This document shows positions 24,447 through 30,080 of a stretch of DNA of 32,000 nucleotides, piece after piece. Made by a program: the position numbers and the translations under genes. Numbering within the stretch: the stretch's first letter is position 1; the number at the start of each line of letters is the position of its first letter. Under the pieces are notes generated by a model that saw only the letters and a list, made by a program, of their open reading frames with translations, was not told the DNA's origin and searched no databases. This DNA comes from Iocasia fonsfrigidae (lineage in GTDB: Bacteria > Bacillota > Halanaerobiia > Halanaerobiales > DTU029), in the NCBI RefSeq assembly GCF_017751145.1, contig NZ_CP046640.1:444137-476136 (forward strand), written 5' to 3'.

Positions 24447-24570
24447 GACAAATATATTTACTTCCCTTGCCGTGCGCTGCGGTGTCCTACCTCCGCTTAC
24501 TGTCGTGAAATTGTCCTTCGGCGTCCTGCCTACGTACAATTTCAAGAGTCATCCAGTAAATATATTTGTC
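24447..24570 (+). repeat. 124-bp structured intergenic repeat, copy 2
   Basis: The perfect 16-bp termini are GACAAATATATTTACT / AGTAAATATATTTGTC. The inner stem is TGAAATTGT / ACAATTTCA. It lies between lpxB and lptC. Confidence 0.85.
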
Positions 24571-24628
24571 TAAGTTACAGAATAATATGTTTGTTTTGGA
24601 TTTCTTTAGTAATAGAGGGGTTGATATT

Positions 24629-25219
24629 ATGTCAGGTAGGGTTTTTGCTCTTGTTTTATTAATTACAGTGGTATTAATAAGCGGGGTTTACTTTGCTTTT
24701 ACCTATCAACCTGCAGTTGATGAAAGCGATGACAGCAGTACAGAGACTCTGGAGGCAGATACAATCCCTGAGAATAAATTTAAGGATATTGATTTGACTG
24801 TTTTTAATGGGGATGATTCTGTTAGCTGGCAGATAAAGTCCAGTGATATTAGCAGTTTTTCACAGGGAGAACTGCTTAAGCTATCACCACTCAAGCTTAC
24901 TGCCTATGATGAGAATGATGAGGTCTTATATACTATTACTGCTGATTACTGTAATTACCGCTCTGCACTGGGTGAGATGGAGATTACTGGTTCTGTTGTG
25001 ATGGAAAAGGATGAACTGAGGATGATGACAGCCCATCTTGACTGGGACAGGGATGAAGAATTAATCAGAGGTAGTGGTGGTGTTAGTTTTACTTCACCAT
25101 CCTATCAGTTGACAGGTGGGAGGTTTCAGGCTAATACTGATTTTAGCCAGATAACTGTCTATAAAGATGAGCAGGAGCGGGCAGCACTTCTCTGGAAAGA
25201 GGTGGGTAAGGGTTCATGA
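24629..25219 (+). CDS. lptC: LPS export system protein LptC (membrane-anchored OstA-like fold)
   Basis: I prefer the ATG at 24629 (RBS AGAGGGG 8 nt upstream), giving 196 aa. An N-terminal TM (VFALVLLITVVLISGVYFAF) is followed by a beta-jellyroll-like repeat pattern (...L.L.AYDENDEVLYTITADY..Y......MEITG.V.M......M.T..L.W......I.G.GGV.F). It sits immediately upstream of lptA-lptB. Confidence 0.75.
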   Translation: MSGRVFALVLLITVVLISGVYFAFTYQPAVDESDDSSTETLEADTIPENKFKDIDLTVFNGDDSVSWQIKSSDISSFSQGELLKLSPLKLTAYDENDEVLYTITADYCNYRSALGEMEITGSVVMEKDELRMMTAHLDWDRDEELIRGSGGVSFTSPSYQLTGGRFQANTDFSQITVYKDEQERAALLWKEVGKGS

Positions 25220-25854
25220 AGATAATAAATAAATGTACTTATTTAATAATATTAATACTTGTTTTAGCAGTAATAATTATTAATGTTACAGTTTTATCTG
25301 CTGAAGGAGAAGATGGTATATTTGGTGATGAGATAAGTATTAGTTCACTGGAACCCTCTGGACAGGAAATAACTGCTCGCGGGAGTGCTCTAGTAATCTA
25401 TAATGACCTCCGTTTGGAGGCAGAGACAATTTATTATAATTCAGTGACTGGGGAAGTAAATTTGGATGAGGATATTTTGCTAGTGGATCAGGATTACCAG
25501 CTCACTGCTGATGAATTAAAAGGAAATCTTACTGAAGAATCTTTTACTGCCAGGGGTAATGTAGAGCTCACAGGTACAGATGCTTTCCTGACAGGTGAAG
25601 AGTTATTCTATGATAGGATAGCAGGGGAAGTAATAGTTAAGGGTAGACCCTATCTGGAATATCAGGATATTAAGGCCAGGGCAGATCAGATTAGATATTA
25701 TACTGATAAAAACCTGGCTTATCTGACAGGGAATGTTAGTGGAGAACAATTGGGACATAGTTTTTCTGGTGAAAAAATGGAACTGGATCTGGTGACTGGT
25801 AAAATGACCCTGGCAGGTGGAGCCCATTTTCTCTATGAGAATAGAGGGGAATAG
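25216..25854 (+). CDS. lptA: LPS transport periplasmic protein LptA (OstA N-terminal domain family)
   Basis: A signal peptide is followed by repeated OstA-like strands (ITARGSALVIYNDLRLEAETIYYN..TGEV.L....L.....QLTADEL.GN......ARGNVEL.G......GEEL.YD...GEV.V.G.P). The start overlaps the lptC stop (ATGA). Confidence 0.8.
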   Translation: MKIINKCTYLIILILVLAVIIINVTVLSAEGEDGIFGDEISISSLEPSGQEITARGSALVIYNDLRLEAETIYYNSVTGEVNLDEDILLVDQDYQLTADELKGNLTEESFTARGNVELTGTDAFLTGEELFYDRIAGEVIVKGRPYLEYQDIKARADQIRYYTDKNLAYLTGNVSGEQLGHSFSGEKMELDLVTGKMTLAGGAHFLYENRGE

Positions 25855-25857
25855 CAG

Positions 25858-26577
25858 ATGACAATCATAGCTAAAGAGCTGATTAAGGAATATAATAAAC
25901 AACGAGTTGTAGATAGAGTGGACTTAAGGGTTGAGCATGGAGAGATAGTAGGGCTGCTGGGACCAAATGGTGCTGGTAAGACTACTACTTTCTATATGGT
26001 AGTCGGTTTGATTAAACCTGAAGGTGGAGAAATCTGGCTTGATAATGATAATATTACCAGACTGCCTGTTTATCTCAGGGCCAGGAAAGGTATTGGTTAT
26101 CTAGCACAGGAGGCTTCTGTTTTTCAGAAACTATCAGTTGCAGATAATATAATGTCTATTTTACAGGCCAGGAATCTGAGTAATGATGAGGCTTGTGAGT
26201 TTATGGAGAAACTGCTGGATGAGTTTGGTATCAGTCGTTTAAGAGATAGAAAGGGCTATCAGTTATCTGGAGGGGAAAGACGCCGGGTGGAAATTGCAAG
26301 GGCTCTGGCCACAGAACCTTCTTTTATCCTGTTAGATGAACCCTTTGCCGGGGTAGATCCAATAGCTGTCTGTGATATACAGAATATTATTAGCTATCTA
26401 AAAGACAGGGGGCTGGGGGTTTTAATTACTGACCATAATGTACGCGAAACACTGACCATCATTGACCGGGCCTATATTATGCATGAAGGTGAAATACTTT
26501 TATCCGGTAATTCAGAAGAGGTAGCCTCCAGTGAGCTGGCCCGTAAATTTTATCTGGGGGAAAGATTTACGATGTAG
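25858..26577 (+). CDS. lptB: LPS export ABC transporter ATP-binding protein LptB
   Basis: GLLGPNGAGKTTTFYMVVGLIKPEGGEIWLDNDNITRLPVYLRARKGIGYLAQEASVF, LSGGERRRVEIARAL, LLDEPFAGVDP and ITDHNVRETL are the LptB-type motif set. It directly follows lptC-lptA. Confidence 0.92.
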   Translation: MTIIAKELIKEYNKQRVVDRVDLRVEHGEIVGLLGPNGAGKTTTFYMVVGLIKPEGGEIWLDNDNITRLPVYLRARKGIGYLAQEASVFQKLSVADNIMSILQARNLSNDEACEFMEKLLDEFGISRLRDRKGYQLSGGERRRVEIARALATEPSFILLDEPFAGVDPIAVCDIQNIISYLKDRGLGVLITDHNVRETLTIIDRAYIMHEGEILLSGNSEEVASSELARKFYLGERFTM

Positions 26578-26596
26578 GTTGGATTGTTATAAGACC

Positions 26597-26721
26597 GACA
26601 AATATATTTACTTCCCTTGTCGTGCGCTACAGTGTCCTACTTTCGCTTACTGTCGAGAAATTGTCTTCCGGCGTCCATGCCTCCAGACAATTTCTAGAGT
26701 CGTCCAGTAAATATATTTGTC
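26597..26721 (+). repeat. 125-bp structured intergenic repeat, copy 3
   Basis: It has the same 16-bp termini as the other copies. The inner stem is AGAAATTGTCT / AGACAATTTCT (11/11). It lies between lptB and the lptF/G-type gene. Confidence 0.85.
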
Positions 26722-26803
26722 TGGATTAATAACAGTGGTGGTCGGGATGCTTTATCTAATAAAGAAATATAGTAAGTTGATGTAAAAAGAGGGGTGCCAG
26801 TAA

Positions 26804-27895
26804 TTGAAGATTATCTACCGTTATATTTTTATCGAATTAATAACACCACTACTATTTGGAATTGCTGCTTTTGCTGCTATTTTTATTGGTACAGATTTAC
26901 TCTTTGAATTAATTGAATACTATAACAACTATGGAGTTGAACTTCTGACCTTGCTTCAGTTGTTTTTCTTAAATCTGCCAACAATTATTGTTATAACTTT
27001 TCCGATGGCTACCCTCTTAGGGACTATTATGTCCTATGGGAGGTTGTCTGGTGATAATGAGATCACTGCTTTAAGGGCAGGTGGTATCAGTGTTTATCGT
27101 TTGGTGCGCCCTGCTTTATTCCTGGGAATATTAATGACTTTATTTACTATCGGTGTTAATGAATATATTGTACCACAGGCTAATTATCTTAATGAACAGA
27201 TAGTCTATCAGTTTAAACATGGGGAGAGGATGCCTTCTACACAACATAATCTCTTCCTTACCCCTTTGAAAGATGGTTACCCTGATTATGTTCTCTATAC
27301 TAAACTTTATGATGGGGAAACAGGTGTTATGCAGGAGATAATCTTTCAGGATTATGAAGAGGGGAAACCTGTTACCTTGATTCAGGCTGAAAACGCTGTT
27401 TATACAGGGGATAGATGGAAGTTTTTAAACGGGCATATTTATCGACTCGAACCTGGTGAGCGGATACCAGATCTGAAATTTGAAGAATATGATGTTAATA
27501 ATCTAAATTATACACCAGCTCAGATGGCTCGTTTAAATAAAAAAATATCTGATATGAATTTTACTGAATTAATAGAATATATTAATCTTAAGAAATCACA
27601 GGGGAATGATGTTAATAAGGAGTTAGTAGAACTTCATCAACGTATATCGATTCCCTTTGCTAGTTTTATTTTTGCTCTGCTGGCAGCAACACTGGGGATT
27701 CAACCCCAACGTTCAGGTGGCTCGGCTACTGGTATGGGTTTGAGTATTATTGTTATTTTTATTTATTATACATTAATGACTGTTGGTAGTGCCCTGGGAG
27801 AGCAGGGAACGATTCCGCCATTTTTGGGGGCCTGGCTACAAAATTTTGTTTTTATGATTACAGGGGGAATAATGCTCTATCGTCTGGGGAGATAA
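26804..27895 (+). CDS. lptG: LPS export ABC permease, LptF/LptG (YjgP/YjgQ) family
   Basis: IIYRYIFIELITPLLFGIAAFAAIFIGTDLLFELIEY is the family N-terminus. Three TMs are followed by a periplasmic beta-jellyroll insert of about 170 aa and three more TMs. The TTG start has an AGAGGGGTG RBS. I cannot assign F versus G, and it is the only copy in the window. Confidence 0.85.
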   Translation: MKIIYRYIFIELITPLLFGIAAFAAIFIGTDLLFELIEYYNNYGVELLTLLQLFFLNLPTIIVITFPMATLLGTIMSYGRLSGDNEITALRAGGISVYRLVRPALFLGILMTLFTIGVNEYIVPQANYLNEQIVYQFKHGERMPSTQHNLFLTPLKDGYPDYVLYTKLYDGETGVMQEIIFQDYEEGKPVTLIQAENAVYTGDRWKFLNGHIYRLEPGERIPDLKFEEYDVNNLNYTPAQMARLNKKISDMNFTELIEYINLKKSQGNDVNKELVELHQRISIPFASFIFALLAATLGIQPQRSGGSATGMGLSIIVIFIYYTLMTVGSALGEQGTIPPFLGAWLQNFVFMITGGIMLYRLGR

Positions 27896-27918
27896 GATAT
27901 CGGAAGGGGTGAAGGCTT

Positions 27919-29199
27919 ATGTATGGGATACTGCTGGTAAGCGTTGTGATAACCCTTAGTGGCTTTATGGCCTATCTGGGGGATCAGATCGGTATGAAAA
28001 TCGGCAAGAAAAGGATATCCCTCTTTGGCCTGCGCCCAAAATATACCTCAATAATCATAACAGTCTTGACAGGTGTCCTGATTGCTACTCTGACTATCAC
28101 AGTTATTCTTCTTACCAATAATGGTGTCCGTAAGGCATTATTTAATATTCAGGAGGTTTTAGTAAGGCTTGATGACCTCAACCAGCAGCTGGCAGTTAAA
28201 GATCGGTCCCTACAGGATAGGGAGGTAGAGATCGCTGAACGGGAAAGGGAACTGGTCCTGATTCAGCAGCAGAAGACTGAACTGGAAGAAAAACTGAACC
28301 AGAATCAGCAGGAATTTGCCAGAACCAGACAAAAACTGTTGGCTACCCAGGATGAACTTACTAATACCCGTAGTGATGTGAAAGAACTGGAAAATAAGCG
28401 AGTAGAGTTGCAGGATACTAATCAGGAATTAAATGAAAGGATAGCCAGCTTGCACGAACAGAGGAAAGAACTGGAAAATAAGATGGTGGTATTAAATGAA
28501 AAGATAGATTCTCTTAATGAAGATTATGAAAAAGCCAGGTTTATGGCCTATAAATATGGTGCTGGACTGCAGTATTACCGGGAAGGGGATATAGTCTTCC
28601 AGCGGGGAGACATAATTTATTCAGATGTGATTGAGACCGGACAGACACAGCAGGAGATAGTTGACCAGCTGTCAGCCTTTCTGGAGAGGGCTGATCAAAA
28701 GGTGAAGGAGTATCCAGTCAGAGTTGACGAAGAACTAGGGACTACCCTTCAGCTTAGAGCAGAAGAGATTTTTACAGTGGCCCGGACAATTATTAATGCC
28801 GATTATGACCGAGTTATTGTCAGTCTGGTGGCTAGTGTTAATGTCCCTCAAGGTGACTGGGTATATGCCAATTTTATTTTAAATGAAGATTTTATTGTTT
28901 TTCAACAAGATGAGTATATTGCTGAATGTGTAATAGATGCTGATGGGAAAGATATTGAAGATAAATTAAGTGAACTACTGACTGATATTAATACTAGGGC
29001 TGTTAGAGAAGGACTCCTGGTTGATAACCAGGGTGATGTCGGTAGTATTGATTATGATGAATTTTACCGGCTCCATAACCAAATCTTGAATTACCATGGT
29101 AAGGTTAAGATAAAGGCCTATGCCGGGGAAGATATCTGGCGTGAGGATAGGTTATCAAATAACCTCAGCTTTGAAATCAGTTCTGTTGAGGGGGAATAG
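27919..29199 (+). CDS. Membrane-anchored coiled-coil protein (DUF3084-like)
   Basis: The N-terminus ILLVSVVITLSGFMAYLGDQIGMKIGKKRISLFGLRPKYTSIIITVLTGVLIA (two TMs) resembles what I recall of DUF3084. A Q/E/L coiled coil of about 120 aa and a globular C-domain of about 200 aa follow. It is tightly linked to the lptF/G-type gene by a 23-nt gap. Confidence 0.55.
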   Translation: MYGILLVSVVITLSGFMAYLGDQIGMKIGKKRISLFGLRPKYTSIIITVLTGVLIATLTITVILLTNNGVRKALFNIQEVLVRLDDLNQQLAVKDRSLQDREVEIAERERELVLIQQQKTELEEKLNQNQQEFARTRQKLLATQDELTNTRSDVKELENKRVELQDTNQELNERIASLHEQRKELENKMVVLNEKIDSLNEDYEKARFMAYKYGAGLQYYREGDIVFQRGDIIYSDVIETGQTQQEIVDQLSAFLERADQKVKEYPVRVDEELGTTLQLRAEEIFTVARTIINADYDRVIVSLVASVNVPQGDWVYANFILNEDFIVFQQDEYIAECVIDADGKDIEDKLSELLTDINTRAVREGLLVDNQGDVGSIDYDEFYRLHNQILNYHGKVKIKAYAGEDIWREDRLSNNLSFEISSVEGE

Positions 29200-29201
29200 T
29201 T

Positions 29202-29597
29202 ATGCTGCTGGCCATTGACCCCGGGAGGGATAAGTGTGGGATAGCTGTTATGACAGGCGATGCTGCTGTCATTTTTCAGGAAATAGTGGCAACAGAAAAA
29301 ATTGAATCATATCTGCTTGAACTCCTGAATAGGTATAAAATAGAGGAGGTTGTCCTTGGTAATGGGACATTTTCAGAGGAGGTTGCCAGGAAGATTGAGA
29401 AAAACTATGACTTGCCTCTGATGTTAATAAAGGAGGCCTATACTACGCTGGCTGCTGAAGAGAGATACCGCCAGGTAAAATACTCCGGTATTAAGCGCTT
29501 CTTCCTGTCTTTTATCAAGTGGAAACCCTCTTTTCCGGTAGATGATTATGCAGCTGTAATTTTGGGAGAGAGGTATCTGAAAGATAAGGGGTTATAA
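29202..29597 (+). CDS. YqgF/RuvX-like RNase H-fold nuclease (Holliday-junction-resolvase-like)
   Basis: MLLAIDPGRDKCGIAVM... has the Asp-containing first strand typical of the YqgF/RuvC fold. ...EVVLGNGT.S and ...EAYTTLAAEERY follow, in 131 aa. The start lies 2 nt after the previous stop. Confidence 0.55.
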   Translation: MLLAIDPGRDKCGIAVMTGDAAVIFQEIVATEKIESYLLELLNRYKIEEVVLGNGTFSEEVARKIEKNYDLPLMLIKEAYTTLAAEERYRQVKYSGIKRFFLSFIKWKPSFPVDDYAAVILGERYLKDKGL

Positions 29598-29635
29598 TAC
29601 TGGATAATACTAACAGATAATTTTTATCTTTTTTT

Positions 29636-29664
29636 GCAGGACTTTAGGAGGAAAAGTGGAATAT
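29636..29664 (+). promoter_or_regulatory. Sigma-H-type promoter-like motif, distal copy upstream of ompM
   Basis: GCAGGActt, 11 nt, then gtgGAATAT. AGGA (29638-29641) and GAAT (29659-29662) are 17 nt apart. Confidence 0.4.
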
Positions 29665-29754
29665 ATATAGACAGAATCAGATAAAACACTTATAATTATA
29701 GGTGTTGTATTGGAAAAAGGATTTTTAAAAAATATTAAAAAACTTTATTTCCTT

Positions 29755-29783
29755 GCAGGAGTTTTAGGATTTGTGTTGAATAT
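29755..29783 (+). promoter_or_regulatory. Sigma-H-type promoter-like motif, proximal copy upstream of ompM
   Basis: GCAGGAgtt, 11 nt, then gttGAATAT(AAT). AGGA (29757-29760) and GAAT (29778-29781) are 17 nt apart. This copy is the best fit to RnAGGAwWW-N11-RnnGAATww. Confidence 0.45.
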
Positions 29784-29867
29784 AATACAGTGATAGTCGA
29801 TTTTTACTTATATTGTTGATAGTTAATTACTTAATTTTTTTGTGTAAAATTTAATTATGTCAAAAGT

Positions 29868-30038
29868 CTTATCATCTCAGGCTAAACATGTGTGGAGAGG
29901 AGGTGCCCCCCGATTCACAGAGCTGTGAGAGATGATAGGGTTCTATATAATAGTTCATTGACAACTGAAGGAGAACGAGATGAGGAAACTAGGAGACTCA
30001 TTTTCTGTTCCCTTAGGTGAGAAATGAACTGGTAGAAC
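29868..30038 (+). promoter_or_regulatory. Structured 5' leader candidate of ompM (two long hairpins)
   Basis: In hairpin 1, CTTATCATCTC (29868-29878) pairs with GAGATGATAGG (29929-39), with an inner CACAG-AG-CTGTG. In hairpin 2, GTTCTA / TAGAAC and AGTTCATT (29952-59) / AATGAACT (30023-30) form the outer stems. The inner helix GAGATGAG / CTCATTTT needs two G-U pairs, so it forms only as + strand RNA. Confidence 0.35.
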
Positions 30039-30080
30039 TATTTTATTTTAAACCTAAAAAATCAAGGGGGAATTATTGTA

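Noticed and set aside
24339-24545. A 68-aa minus-strand ORF running through copy 2 of the 124-bp repeat. I considered whether the repeat encodes a peptide.
   Set aside because: The equivalent frame in copy 1 is preceded by an in-frame stop and lacks a start codon. Differences between copies are not biased toward synonymous changes. The ORF also continues into the antisense of lpxB. It is not a conserved coding unit.
16885-26721. Whether the repeated 124-bp units form a CRISPR array.
   Set aside because: The units are about 124 bp rather than 25-40 bp. They are separated by 2-7 kb of genes rather than short spacers. No cas genes are present.
29615-29636. An AGATAA-TTT-TTATCT hairpin followed by a T-run after the YqgF-like gene, considered as a terminator.
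   Set aside because: The stem is 6 bp of A/T pairs only. It is thermodynamically too weak to call with confidence, although termination somewhere in this spacer is likely.
29857-29928. A 23-codon ORF (MSKVLSSQAKHVWRGGAPRFTEL) in the ompM upstream region.
   Set aside because: No SD-like sequence lies upstream, and the ORF coincides with hairpin 1 of the putative leader. It is more likely non-coding.
29946-29951. A perfect TATAAT hexamer 130 nt upstream of ompM, considered as a sigma-A -10 box.
   Set aside because: The best -35 candidate at 17-bp spacing is CTGTGA, which is a poor match. The hexamer also sits inside the base of predicted hairpin 2. It is not supported well enough to call.
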